Counted from the whole stretch's first letter, positions 1 to 11,015 are shown. The stretch: 63,195 nt of DNA, filler included, from Pirum gemmata (GCA_002812295.1; 24 parts of 24 records of this genome joined end to end with filler, not necessarily neighbours in it), one strand, 5' to 3'. A program made the numbers and translations. Notes: a model not told the origin generated them from the letters alone.

Positions 1-62
1 ATAATAATAGTAATAATAATAATAATATAACAAACTGTAAATATATTTTTAATTAAAGAAAA

Positions 63-2258
63 ATGGTGTATAACAGAGTAGCTTACGAAAATAATGCTAT
101 TGCAAATTTAGTCTTAAAAAGTAATAAAAATGAAAACGAACACCCTACAACCAAATCTGATAAAAGAACCAGTAAAATTAGTAATATTAGTAACGTCACC
201 AACACACCAGAATTACAACACGAACAATTAGAACATGAACAAGTAATGAAAGAGAAACAACAAGAACAATTTTTACTGTACCAACAACAACAACAACAAC
301 AACAACCACAAGAACAAGAACAAGAACAACTTGCACAAAGTTTAACTGGTTCTACTCTTACAAAAAAAATCAGTGATAGTGCTAAACAGAAAAAAGAAAA
401 AATTCAAAAGAAAAGTTCCCAACTTATTCGCCGTGTCTCCTTAAAAAACATTCACAGTGACAACGATAGTAATGATAAAAATGGTAGTAATGATAATAAT
501 GGTGACAGTACTAGTTCTATGACAAAACAACGAAAAAAATCAAAGCAGAATGGTGCAATTAAAGCTTTAAAACGGTTGACTTTAACGAGAACCCACGATG
601 ATGAAAAACAAATAAAAGTACAACAACAGCAGCAACAGCAGCAGCAAGTAGAAAAAGAGCAAGACTTAGCGAAAGAAAGCGCAAGCGAAAGCGAAGAAGA
701 ACAAGAACAGCTAACACCTCAGACACGATTGCATTTAATGCTACAAGAAGAATTTAAGCAAAAAATAGAACAAGCAAACCAAGAACAAGAGGAGAAGACA
801 AAAAATGATGACAAACATGAAAATGAAGAGAAAAAGAAATCAAAGCGACTTTCAATGAAAAAACGATTTACAATGTCTTTTAGTAATAGTGACTTATTGA
901 GAAATAATAATAATAACAATAACAATAACAATAATATTAATTCCGAGAATAGCGAGAGTAGCACTAGTTTAGATAATACAGAAGAGAGTGATAGTAAAAA
1001 ACCCCATGATACCGTCTTAGACAATGCAGACCAAGACAAAAAGCGTAAAAGAATATCGTTGAAACGTGGTATTTCGTTAACTGATATTCTAAAACATGGT
1101 GGGGATAGTGATAAAGAAAAAGAAGGCAACACTAGTAGCACTGATGATAATAGTGTGGTGACTTCTGCTCCACATGAAGAGAAGAAAAAGAGAAGATTGT
1201 CATTATCTGGTCGTAAAACGTTCTCCTTTTCCAAATCACAAACTTTTGAAATCGCGAGTAATACACCAGAAAATCTAAAAGAAAACATAAACGCTAGTGA
1301 TGTAAGCCATGTTTCAACAACTATAACAACTCCTTCAAATGGTATTCGTAATAGTGTTATCACTTTTGATCTTGCTGATGGTTGTGAAAATAACAATGGC
1401 GAAGATACCCTTAAGGATTCTGAACCGAAAACTATCAATGAAGGTTTACAAGTTTATAACGAAAATGGAGATGAGGCCGATAATGTTTTTAAACAAATTC
1501 GTAGATCTTTAAGAAACAGATTGGGTAGTAGTGATAATCTTTCATCACAATCTCCACAAGAAGATGAACAATCCAAATCTAAACGTAAAAGCTTTTTATT
1601 GCTAAGAAAAAGCAAAAGTGTTGAGCCACAACCCGTTTTGTTTAACGAAATCCCCATTCCTGAAATTGCTCATGCTGTTGCTGATGCTGATGTTGCTGTT
1701 GTTGCTGTTGTTGCTGCTGCTACTACTGATGATGATAATGCTGAAGTTGAAGTTGAAGTTGAAGTTGATGCCGATGCTCCTCTTGCCATTGCTCCTGTTA
1801 CTAATAATATTGTGATGCCTGTTCAAATCGAAAGAAACGACTCTTTCGCTTATCTTCGTTTCGATGATATATTAGAAAAGGCCGATCTAGAGATTAAAGA
1901 GTCCTTTATAGCTTTAGATAAAAAACTTAGTACTTCACCCACTTTACGCAAGGCAGAACCGATACCTAAAGCTGATACAGTTACTTTAATGAAGTTAAAA
2001 GGTTTAGAAAAACGGGGTGCCACCCAACCTACCCATTTTCCCATGGTGAGAAGTATTACTGCTCCTAAACTAACTACTAAACCTTCCATTACATTTGCCA
2101 AACCCATACTTAAACGAAAGCAAAGTGATAGCCGTTCATTAGATGGTGTTCTAGAAGAATCTAAAAATGTTGGTATGCAGTCTTTGAATAATTATCTGCG
2201 TTTTGCCGAATTGCCCTTTTTCTACCACTTTTGTGTTACAGGTACCCACGGAATTTAA
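63..2258 (+). CDS. Large low-complexity (Q/N/S/K-rich) protein, probably continuing into a C-terminal RGS-like domain after an intron
   Basis: 731-aa ORF with many basic RRxS-type motifs. The end (SLDGVLEESKNVGMQSLNNYLR...FYHFC) resembles the first RGS helices, and a possible donor ACAG|GTACCC lies at about 2241. Confidence 0.6.
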   Translation: MVYNRVAYENNAIANLVLKSNKNENEHPTTKSDKRTSKISNISNVTNTPELQHEQLEHEQVMKEKQQEQFLLYQQQQQQQQPQEQEQEQLAQSLTGSTLTKKISDSAKQKKEKIQKKSSQLIRRVSLKNIHSDNDSNDKNGSNDNNGDSTSSMTKQRKKSKQNGAIKALKRLTLTRTHDDEKQIKVQQQQQQQQQVEKEQDLAKESASESEEEQEQLTPQTRLHLMLQEEFKQKIEQANQEQEEKTKNDDKHENEEKKKSKRLSMKKRFTMSFSNSDLLRNNNNNNNNNNNINSENSESSTSLDNTEESDSKKPHDTVLDNADQDKKRKRISLKRGISLTDILKHGGDSDKEKEGNTSSTDDNSVVTSAPHEEKKKRRLSLSGRKTFSFSKSQTFEIASNTPENLKENINASDVSHVSTTITTPSNGIRNSVITFDLADGCENNNGEDTLKDSEPKTINEGLQVYNENGDEADNVFKQIRRSLRNRLGSSDNLSSQSPQEDEQSKSKRKSFLLLRKSKSVEPQPVLFNEIPIPEIAHAVADADVAVVAVVAAATTDDDNAEVEVEVEVDADAPLAIAPVTNNIVMPVQIERNDSFAYLRFDDILEKADLEIKESFIALDKKLSTSPTLRKAEPIPKADTVTLMKLKGLEKRGATQPTHFPMVRSITAPKLTTKPSITFAKPILKRKQSDSRSLDGVLEESKNVGMQSLNNYLRFAELPFFYHFCVTGTHGI

Positions 2259-2421
2259 AAAAACAAATAGTTTTTTCACAATATCCCAAAAAACAATAAA
2301 ACATTATTTATATTAATATATTTATATTCTTGTAATGACATGTCTCCTTTTTCATTGTATTTTTTATTGTTTTTTTCAATTGTAATAATAATAATAATAT
2401 TTAATAATTATTAATAATAAT

Positions 2422-2521
2422 NNNNNNNNNNNNNNNNNNNNNNNNNNNNNNNNNNNNNNNNNNNNTTAATTAATTAANNNNNNNNNNNNNNNNNNNNNNN
2501 NNNNNNNNNNNNNNNNNNNNN
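2422..2521. other. Artificial contig linker (first of 23)
   Basis: N44-TTAATTAATTAA-N44, with stops in all six frames. Others start at about 5599, 8807, 11328, 13853, 16400, 18887, 21433, 24855, 27369, 29896, 32418, 34963, 37507, 40035, 42579, 45077, 47620, 50678, 53183, 55665, 58184 and 60709. Confidence 0.98.
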
Positions 2522-2602
2522 ATATATATAGACTTGCTCCAACTATTGCGCCCATCCTTCCCTTCATTCGGAATCATACTAATCATAATCATATATGATA
2601 AT

Positions 2603-2792
2603 ATTAGTGCTTTTCAGTTGTTTTGTCATCAAAAAAATATACAATAAATAGTACCAAATTAATACAATATAAATCCATTTAATTTAATTTGGCATATTTT
2701 ATTATATATGTATTGATTTAAAAATGTCAATTTAAAGATTATAACCCTCCAGATAAATATTCATAGTGACAAAATAAATGAAAGGCACGATA
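2603..2792 (+). mobile_element. MITE family A (about 190 bp, TIR consensus TATCGTGCTTTTCA)
   Basis: Terminal inverted repeats (GTGCTTTTCA ... TGAAAGGCACGATA). Similar copies at 10226, 51055, 52045 and 62858; partial copies at 4115, 4581, 37665 and 50778. Confidence 0.85.
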
Positions 2793-2833
2793 TATATAAT
2801 AAGATTTAGAGGGACCGATGCCTGCCACTGCAA

Positions 2834-4113
2834 ACAATGGGATTGCGTATTGCACTTGAAACATTTAACTTTCGAGCAATCCTTACCACCACTGCTACTT
2901 GCACTACTCGTAGTAATTAATACTCATTCATTAACGTGGTATCGGGACTTTCGTATCCCTGCTATTTCCCTGTTCTGGTTCCGGAACACACCAACATCAG
3001 GTTCCTTCTCAAACACTACCTCAATTCCTCCTTCATCTCGTTTATCTTCGTTATAATTCACTAATTTAGTGTTAACTAAATCAAAATGAAACGCAACGAA
3101 GATATTCGATCCTAGAGTAATACATCACACCCAGGTAATGCACCTTCGCAAACTATAATTTTAACTTACTTGCATATACCATTCCATTCAAGCTCAACCA
3201 GGTACTAACAACACTGTGAGAAGATAACTCCTCCCCACTAATACCTTTATATACGGTATACTCTCTAGGAGTCTCTACTAGTTTAACTTATTCTTGAGCA
3301 CAAATGCTTTATCCATATAAGCATCCGTCGCCCAAGAATCTAAACCACATTTAACAACAACACTAACATTATTCTCAACATCTTTATCGATGTGGCCATA
3401 CGCAGAGGGTCTATGCCTCTTGTCAAATACTACAAGTAGTGCAAGTAGCAGTGGTGACAAGGATTACTCGAAGGTCAAATGTTTCAAGTGCATTAAATTA
3501 GAACATACGCAATCCCATTGTACAAATTGAAACTGCTGTGAACGAGGTGTTTATATGCTATTTTTGGTGTCAAAGATAATGATAGCATAAGTGGTGAAGA
3601 ACTTATTGGATCGAAAGTAATTTTTAACAAGAGGTATAGACCCTCTGCGTATGGTCACATCGATAAAGATGTTGAGAATAATGTTAGTGTTGGTGTTACC
3701 AGTAAAAAATCTGAAGATAGAAAAATCTGAAGATAGAAAAATCTGAAGATAGAAAAATCTGAAGATAGAAAATCTGAAGATAAAAAAATCTGAAGATGGA
3801 ATTGAATCTAGAAGGGTATTTTTGTCAACTAAGGCATCTAGATTGGTATTTTTAGGCTTTAAAACCATCGTTTGAATCGATATTTTTTTTCATCTTTTAT
3901 TTTGCTTAAAAAAAAAAGTGTATCCAGATGTCGATTAAAGAGTTTATAATACCAATCTAGATGCCTTAGTTGACAAAAATACCCTTCTGGATTCAATTCC
4001 AAGTTCAGATTTTTCCATCTTCAGATTTTTTACTGGTAGTTAAATGAACTGTTAAATGTCATTATCAACTTAAATGTGGTTTAGATTCTTGGACGACGGA
4101 TGCCTATATGGAT
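2834..4113. mobile_element. Scrambled LTR retrotransposon gag-protease remnant (Ty3/gypsy-like), present in both orientations
   Basis: Plus strand 3428-3530 encodes a CCHC knuckle (KCFKCIKLEHTQSHC). Minus strand 3278-3420 encodes a retropepsin-like motif (VKCGLDSWATDAYMD). Inverted copies lie at 2834-2912 and at 3630-3696/4070-4113. Confidence 0.7.
3697..4038 (+). mobile_element. MITE family B (long TIRs TACCAGTAAAAAATCTGAAGAT, subterminal ~16-bp repeats)
   Basis: Long terminal inverted repeats; interrupts the gypsy remnant. Other copies at 61964-62331 (opposite orientation) and a remnant at 9427-9481. Confidence 0.85.
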
Positions 4114-4307
4114 CATCATAAAACATCCAATAAAAAGTACCCAATTAATACAATATAAATCTATTTAATTAATTTGGTATGTTTTATTATCTATATATTG
4201 ATTTAAAAAATGCCAATTTAAAGATTATAAATATCCAAATAAATTTTCAAGAGTGATAAAATAAATGAAAAGCACGACGAGGTGTGATGTGTCTCGATTA
4301 CCATAAA

Positions 4308-4544
4308 AGGAGGGATGACATCCCCTTTGGCAGAAATTTGGAGATAGGTTACAAAAGGAATTAATTGAGATGGCAAAAATTATTACTTAAAATAGATATT
4401 TATATCCTTAAAATAGTAGGTTACTATATTAAGTATTACTATTAATAGTTATAAGTTAACTTTTTATAGTAATTTAAGTCAAATTTTCAATTTTTGTCGT
4501 ACACTAGGTTGGTATTAGTATTATGACGTCATGTCATCCCTCCT
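4308..4544. mobile_element. Putative MITE with TIR AGGAGGGATGACAT
   Basis: Perfect 14-bp inverted repeats at 4308-4321 and 4531-4544, similar to the family C TIR. No clear TSD. Confidence 0.5.
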
Positions 4545-6044
4545 ATAGATATACTCTATGATATCATAGTAGCTAGCTAGTCATAAATATACAATAAGTA
4601 GTACCAAATAAATACAATAGAAGCCCATTTTATTTATTTTGGTATTTTTTATTATTTATTTATTGATTTAAAAATATCAATTTAAAGATTATAACCCTCC
4701 AAATAAATATTTGGAGTTGGTTATAAATTATATTACATCACTATTACGTCATTTATATTAAATTACTTGGTTACTGGTTGAGCGTGAAAATCACTCGTGT
4801 GCTTGGGGTAAGCATGATATTTATACGCCTTTAAATCAATTTAATTAAATAATACCATGCCCTAAATATATTTAAGGCTTTTAGGCATTTTTTTATAGAC
4901 TGGTCTACTGGTCTAAGTCTCTAAGTCTAGCTAGCCTCTTAAATTAATAATAATAAGTCTGCACGTTTGNTAATGATAATGATAATGATAATGATAATGA
5001 TAATGATAATGATAATGATAATGATAATGATAATGATAATGATAATGATAATGAAAATGAAAATGAAAATGATAATGATAATGAAAATGATAATGATAAT
5101 GATAATGATAATAAAGATAATAAAGATAATAACAATAATTATAATTATTATTATTATTATTATTGTTGTTGTTACTGTTATTTCTATTGTTATCGACTTA
5201 AAAGTTTTTCTTTTATGTATAACTTTAAAATTTGGAAATAGTCCAGAGTTGTTTAAAATGGAGATTTGGGGCCAAAAGATTTTTTTAGGTGAAATTTGTC
5301 CAGATTTATTAGAATTATTGAAAAAAGGCTTTGGGGATTGCGATTTTTCTATAATAGCTAGTGAATCCCGGAAAGACGACAATTGTAAATATACTTCAGC
5401 TGAGGTATATAATATATAAAAATATACTGAATTCTGATTATTTTTATACAGTCTCATTTATTTATCGTTAGAAAGTTTTAAGTTTTATTATTATTTCTCT
5501 GCTTAGATGTTTGAGTGTATGAGTTGCCCCGTTTTTTGCTAGGCTTAATGAATTTTATTTTTTGTCTTGTTTCGTTTTTGGTAGGGGTTCCGCTTTTTNN
5601 NNNNNNNNNNNNNNNNNNNNNNNNNNNNNNNNNNNNNNNNNNTTAATTAATTAANNNNNNNNNNNNNNNNNNNNNNNNNNNNNNNNNNNNNNNNNNNNTT
5701 ATTATTATTATTATTATTGTTTATTATCAGGAAAAGTAAATCCCCTCTCATAGATTTCTAATATAAAATATTACCATTTTTGGATGTATGAGAGTAATCA
5801 ATAAATGACTTCATAACTACTCTTTAGTCTTCCAATAATTAGTAAATTAATTTTGAGAGGGGAAATTCTCTTTTCCTCAACCTGAATTGATTGTTTGGCC
5901 AAAAATAATAAAATAAAATATATTATTATGACGTCATCCGGGCCCTATGGTAAGTAACAACTAAACAATTACATTGTAAATTGATCTGAAATACTTTGTG
6001 TAATACTTTAGTGTTGATTATATTAGTGTTAATAGGAATATTGA

Positions 6045-6192
6045 TTAGGGTTAAAATTAATGTTAATGTTAAGGTTAAGGTTAAGGTTAAGGTTAAGGTT
6101 GAGGTTGAGGTTAGAGGTAGGGTTAGGGGTTAGCCGTTAGTGTTAGTGTTAGGGTTTTTGTTGGGGTTAGGGTTCGGGTTAGGGTTAGGGTT
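6045..6192 (+). repeat. Degenerate interstitial telomere-like (TTAGGG/TTAAGG)n array
   Basis: Hexamer repeats with unique sequence on both sides. Confidence 0.85.
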
Positions 6193-6434
6193 TGATTGTA
6201 ATGATTAAGTTTAATAAAATTGGCAATGGTTTTTAAACTAACAATAGTTAAACATTATTATTGCTTTGGTTATGACAATAAAAATACTAACATAATACTA
6301 CTACTACTACTACTACTACTAATAATAATAATAATAANGAAAATTTTAATATTGCAATGGTAATCAAACAGAACTAAATATTTTATTATTAATAAATTAA
6401 AAGGTTTTAGTACTAACGAGTGCCGTAATGAGTG

Positions 6435-6968
6435 TTAAACCAGCCAGCATTGTTGTGCTAGCCCCACTTCTACACTTCTACTGGAAGCCAATCCACTTCG
6501 ACTGGCATCAGTTGCGATAGAACAATTACCAAGTTGTGTAACTCTTATCTCATGGCTCTCTTTCAAATCATTAAACGTTACTCTTTTTACCCCACCATAC
6601 GCAATGCTAGCTCCAGAAAAGTATGCTGGATAGTAACTATTACACGCATCCCCATACATTGACAAACACTCATCAAATTCCTTTAAACCGTTACACAATT
6701 CAAAATTCTCATTTCCAACTGTGTTCAAGCTATTGGTAGTAGAGTTGTATTGAAAATGGTAATGGCCGTATAATATTTGCTTATAGGGGTTGTTTTTAAG
6801 ACAGGCTAATAACATTGTACATTTTTCTTCATTGATATTGGGCAAATTGTTGCTTGCATCAGGATGAGGTTGAGTTTTTCCGTTAGTAACCCTTTCGTTT
6901 TTTGCAAATTCATCCATGCTTTCAAAGAAATTATAGTTAGATCTTGGACAGTGTATACCCCAGTACAT
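6435..6968 (-). CDS. Cys-containing hypothetical protein or exon of unknown function
   Basis: 177-aa ORF of normal complexity with spaced cysteines. It overlaps the non-conserved 5' extension of the ATPase ORF. Confidence 0.45.
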   Translation of the reverse strand: MYWGIHCPRSNYNFFESMDEFAKNERVTNGKTQPHPDASNNLPNINEEKCTMLLACLKNNPYKQILYGHYHFQYNSTTNSLNTVGNENFELCNGLKEFDECLSMYGDACNSYYPAYFSGASIAYGGVKRVTFNDLKESHEIRVTQLGNCSIATDASRSGLASSRSVEVGLAQQCWLV

Positions 6969-7694
6969 TCATCGTTCGAAAAGGGGTCATTACTATTAAT
7001 ATTGAGATCCTTTGCTATTCCTGAATTTAATATTGACTCAATAATATGTCCCTTAAGAAAACAAGGGGAGGCTCTAATGGTTATCGGCTCTTCAGGATCG
7101 GGTAAGAGTTCACTGCTACTTAATCTTTTAAATGATAAGGACAAATTATTTAAAAAGTATGACAGGGTATATTTCTTTAGTCCCAGTTGCCATACCATGA
7201 CCAAAAAACCTGACTTGGATCCTAGTCGGTTTTTTTCTGATTTATCACAACTGTCTAATGTAGTAGAGGATATTAAAAATAATTACAAACTACATTTAAA
7301 ACAAGGTAGTTTAATAATCTTTGATGACCTGGTGAAACATTTTAAGACCACCAAACCAATTAACTATAATAAAATCCTTTGTGATCTCACCTTAAACCGG
7401 GGACATAATATGGGTTGTTCTATTATTATATTATCACAAAAACTAAGACTTATCCCTTCAGAAATAAGACTTAATACAAACTATTACATAATATTTAGAA
7501 CAACTTCTGATTTAGAGCTAGAATCCATTTGTGAAGAATCAAACATCTTTTATGATAAGAAAAAACTTAAAAGTGCCTTGTTTTTCATATTCGAGAGTAA
7601 AAAATATAATTTTGCCTACTTGGATAAAAATACTAATTCATTATATTTAAACTTTGAAAAAAAGATAGAGGAGAATCACAGTTTAAAGTCATAA
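6864..7694 (+). CDS. Viral A32-like genome-packaging ATPase (FtsK/HerA superfamily)
   Basis: Walker A VIGSSGSGKS, Walker B LIIFDD, RGH (GRH-like) motif, SIIILSQ and IPSEIRLNTNYYIIF. Intronless. The first ~45 codons are probably not part of the real gene. Confidence 0.85.
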   Translation: MRLSFSVSNPFVFCKFIHAFKEIIVRSWTVYTPVHSSFEKGSLLLILRSFAIPEFNIDSIICPLRKQGEALMVIGSSGSGKSSLLLNLLNDKDKLFKKYDRVYFFSPSCHTMTKKPDLDPSRFFSDLSQLSNVVEDIKNNYKLHLKQGSLIIFDDLVKHFKTTKPINYNKILCDLTLNRGHNMGCSIIILSQKLRLIPSEIRLNTNYYIIFRTTSDLELESICEESNIFYDKKKLKSALFFIFESKKYNFAYLDKNTNSLYLNFEKKIEENHSLKS

Positions 7695-7710
7695 GTCATA
7701 AATCATAGAA

Positions 7711-8401
7711 TTAAAATATTAATGCATACAAAATAGAATCACAAATATCATCTTTCTTAGTTAAATTCTGAATTATGTTCAAAGTGTTCTGGTTGTACTG
7801 TAAGCAATCCATGTAATCATGACTTTCATAACTTAAGGATTCTAGGTTGAGTTTTAATAGCCCAATAACTTTAACAATGCTTGCTTTTTTGTTTTCTACA
7901 TATGTCCTTTGTTTGTAACCAAGTATACTAGACTTAAGTCTAGCATCCATCAATATTAATACATTAATAATACTATTATTATTATTATCATTGTTATTTA
8001 CAATAGTTTTGAAATGACTGTAACTGTTATAAAAAGAGACTTTTTCAAATTTGTAGTAAATAGCAGATATTAAATAGGTCATTAATATTTTATTAAATGG
8101 TGTGAATTGTTTTTCAATTAATATATAATTAATAGTTAATTCAAATTTATTGATTATTTTTATTATATCATCAATGAAATCATTAATGTGATATAAAACT
8201 ATATAAACTATTGTTCATAAAATCTAGTTTATTCTCAAATAAGTCGACACAGTCACTTTCATAGATTATAAATTTGTTGATATTGTTGAAATCTCTTTTC
8301 ATTAAACAGTAACCTAGGTCTATGCTTCAAAAGGTCTGATAATTTGGTTTCTTTTCATTAATAGTAGTAAAGTCGATTTTTTTGTCATTAATATCACTCA
8401 T
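7711..8401 (-). pseudogene. Poxvirus A22/Ydc2-type RuvC-like Holliday-junction resolvase, disrupted
   Basis: ATG at 8401 reads MSDINDK...TF*SIDLGYC with an in-frame TGA at 8327-8329 and a frameshift near 8190-8215. It then reads YILIEKQ and ends KKDDICDSILYALIF, giving the three acidic catalytic motifs. Confidence 0.75.
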
Positions 8402-8906
8402 GTTTGATAAAGGTTATTTATTTATTTATATTCATAGTACAAAAAAAGTTTTGGGTGTATTAGCTTCTTCAAATATGTTTTTTTTAACAGCAGTAACTAA
8501 ATCAGGATTCGATTTAGCCTTCTTTATATATTTTCGTTTTTTATTTCTTTTTTTGGAACTTTTTCTTCTTTTTTTGTTTCTAAATTAATTATTTAGATAA
8601 GGACCTTAACATTGGTCAAAATCTAAATAATAATAATGATAATCAAAATAACAATACAAATATTATTATTGATAATAATAACAATAATAATAATGATAAT
8701 AATAACAATGATAATAATAATTTAAATATAAATATGTTATTATCAAATAATAATAATAATAATCATAATAATAATGATAATCAGCAAAATCAAGATATTA
8801 AAAATGNNNNNNNNNNNNNNNNNNNNNNNNNNNNNNNNNNNNNNNNNNNNTTAATTAATTAANNNNNNNNNNNNNNNNNNNNNNNNNNNNNNNNNNNNNN
8901 NNNNNN

Positions 8907-8969
8907 CACGGGGGGTAGTAGGGTAGGTTTTTGTCCCAAATCGGCGTTACGTAATTATTGAACGCTCCC
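8907..8969. mobile_element. End of a PIF/Harbinger-like MITE (family D, TIR GGGAGCGTTCAATAATTACGT)
   Basis: Ends in TTACGTAATTATTGAACGCTCCC followed by TTA. Related copies at 10020-10158, 50919-51030 and 62552-62650. Confidence 0.65.
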
Positions 8970-9004
8970 TTAGGAGTCTATTCTGTGATTTTAAGTGTTC
9001 TAAG

Positions 9005-9187
9005 AAAGTTAAACATATTATTGATGTTATTATAAATATCATACAGTTCGGGAAATGATTGATCAAGGATTAATTAAATTAAAATATATTCCTAATGAGG
9101 AGAACATTGCGGATTTGTTTACTAAATCATTACCAACTAAAAGATTTAGAGAATTGGTTAACAAAATAATTAAAGAATAGGGGGAGA
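9005..9187 (+). mobile_element. Ty1/copia RNase H C-terminus plus polypurine tract (remnant)
   Basis: KHI..KYHTVREMIDQGLIKLKYIPNEENIADLFTKSLPTKRF, then a stop overlapping the PPT AGGGGGAG. Confidence 0.9.
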
Positions 9188-9507
9188 TTCGGAGTCTATT
9201 CTATAATTATTATTGGTTGTTTATCCTATGCTTATTATATATATATATAATATTATTGACATTAAGTCTTGATATGTAGCTATTAGGAAGTGTGGTATAT
9301 ACTTATTTACGATTCAGAATTTAATATTTTAAATTCTGAATATATAATTATTGAACTTTTTTATAAAATACAGCATTAAAATTAAAAGTATAAAATAACA
9401 AAATTTAATTAATTAAAACATATTAATACCAGTATTAATAAAAATGTTCAGATTTTTCCATCTTCAGATTTTTTACTGGTATTCTGATAGTTTAATTAAG
9501 TGTAATA

Positions 9508-9738
9508 AGTAGGGGTGAGATATCTACTGGAACTTTTTTCGAACAGATGCTTATCGAGCCAACCTTAGTTCCGTGTTTCTTACTAATAATAGCAGTTAAA
9601 TAACTTAAAATAGCAAATCTAATTATAGTAGATACCAATTAAAGTAATAATATTAACATCAATAGTAATAAAAACAAAAATCGGAAAAGTTCCAGCAGCT
9701 GTTCGGTAATAATAAAATCACGTCATCTCACCCCTACT
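9508..9738 (+). mobile_element. MITE family C (TIR AGTAGGGGTGAGAT)
   Basis: Perfect 14-bp TIRs; homologous to 47025-47284 and 52802-53002. No intact TSD at this copy. Confidence 0.85.
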
Positions 9739-10019
9739 ATAAAATATAATTTGTAGACCAAGCTTATTTCAGTTTTTGAACTGGATAACACCACGAGAGT
9801 CATGATCGTAGACTCTAGCTAGCTAGGCTTCAAGTTTTCGAGCCTATGCATTAATTAAATAAGTTCGAAAATTTTAAGCTAACAGTTAAGTATTCGAGTA
9901 TATTTATTTATTCATAAACCTGAAAAAATGGAAAAATTAATTTTCGAACAGAGCTGAATTTCGGCTTTTTTTTCGACAGTAGAAATTCGAGTTTTCGGCC
10001 TCGAGCAGAATTGGGTGAC

Positions 10020-10158
10020 TTCAAATACAACGTAACGCCAATTTCCGGTCAAATACAGCTTCAAATTCCTCCACCTACCTACCCCTCGACCTTAACTTCC
10101 GGTTAAATACCACCTACCTACCTACCCCTTGACGTGACGTATTATTTGAACGCTCCCC
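10020..10158 (-). mobile_element. Harbinger-like MITE family D copy
   Basis: CCTACCTACCCC repeats and the terminus GACGTATTATTTGAACGCTCCC; matches 50919-51030 and 62552-62650. Confidence 0.7.
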
Positions 10159-10225
10159 AGCTAGAGAAATCATTTTTTTCATGAGCACGTGCACTTAATT
10201 GAAGCTTGTTTGTTTGTTTGTTTAT

Positions 10226-10414
10226 TATCGTGCTTTTCAGTTGTTTTATCATCACAAAGTATACAATAAAGAGTACCAAATTAATATAATATAAATCCAT
10301 TTTACTTAATTTGGTATATTTTATTATCCATTTATTCATTTAACAATGTCAATTAAAAAATTATAACCAACCAAATAAATATTCGGAGTGACAGAATAAA
10401 TGAAAAGCGCTATA
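10226..10414 (+). mobile_element. MITE family A copy
   Basis: TATCGTGCTTTTCA ... TGAAAAGCGCTATA. Confidence 0.85.
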
Positions 10415-10714
10415 ATAAACAAACAAGTGTAGTTCTTAGGTGTAGTTCTCATGTTTTCTACAATACAAACCTGTAAGGCTATAACTGGCCAAAATGTTTT
10501 TAAAAAAATAGCCATTGGTAGCTCATTGGTTTATAATAGAGTTTTCTTAGTTTAACGATTTCTCAAATTTTGGCAGTACTTTCATTAAAATTGGATCATT
10601 TTGAGTTTTTTTTTTGGATTTTTTTACTTACATTATACGCTCTTAAGCTTACACCAGTACTGTAAGAGTGTGCAAGTAAACAACAACAACATGTACAACA
10701 ACAACAACATGTAC

Positions 10715-10748
<34 letters not shown>

Positions 10749-11015
10749 ACAATTGCAACAGCAACAACAATTGCAACAGCAACAACAATTGCAAAAACAA
10801 CATCTACAACATCAACAACAGCGGGTGATTTTAAATAATTGAAGACTTATTGACAATTAACAGTGCTCGCTTTTATTAAATTTATCACTTTGGTAGCTTA
10901 AGTGGTCACTGCTGATACATGAGTACATATATACATAATAAATTAATTAAAATAATAATAAAATTGAAAAATAATTCAAAAACAATATCGAATAATAATA
11001 ATAAATATATTATTA

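Noticed and set aside
719..2107. Antisense and alternative-frame ORFs over the 63-2258 gene (likewise over the Dph6-like, astacin, RGS and GATA genes)
   Set aside because: Shadows of low-complexity coding sequence on the real strand.
3700..3800. AAAAATCTGAAGATAG direct repeats resembling a CRISPR array
   Set aside because: No unique spacers; these are subterminal repeats of MITE family B.
5730..5876. Imperfect inverted repeat (GGAAAAG..TCCCCTCTCA / TGAGAGGGGA..CTTTTCC) as a viral terminal repeat
   Set aside because: Short, imperfect and only about 145 bp apart; at most an old MITE, with no second copy in the window.
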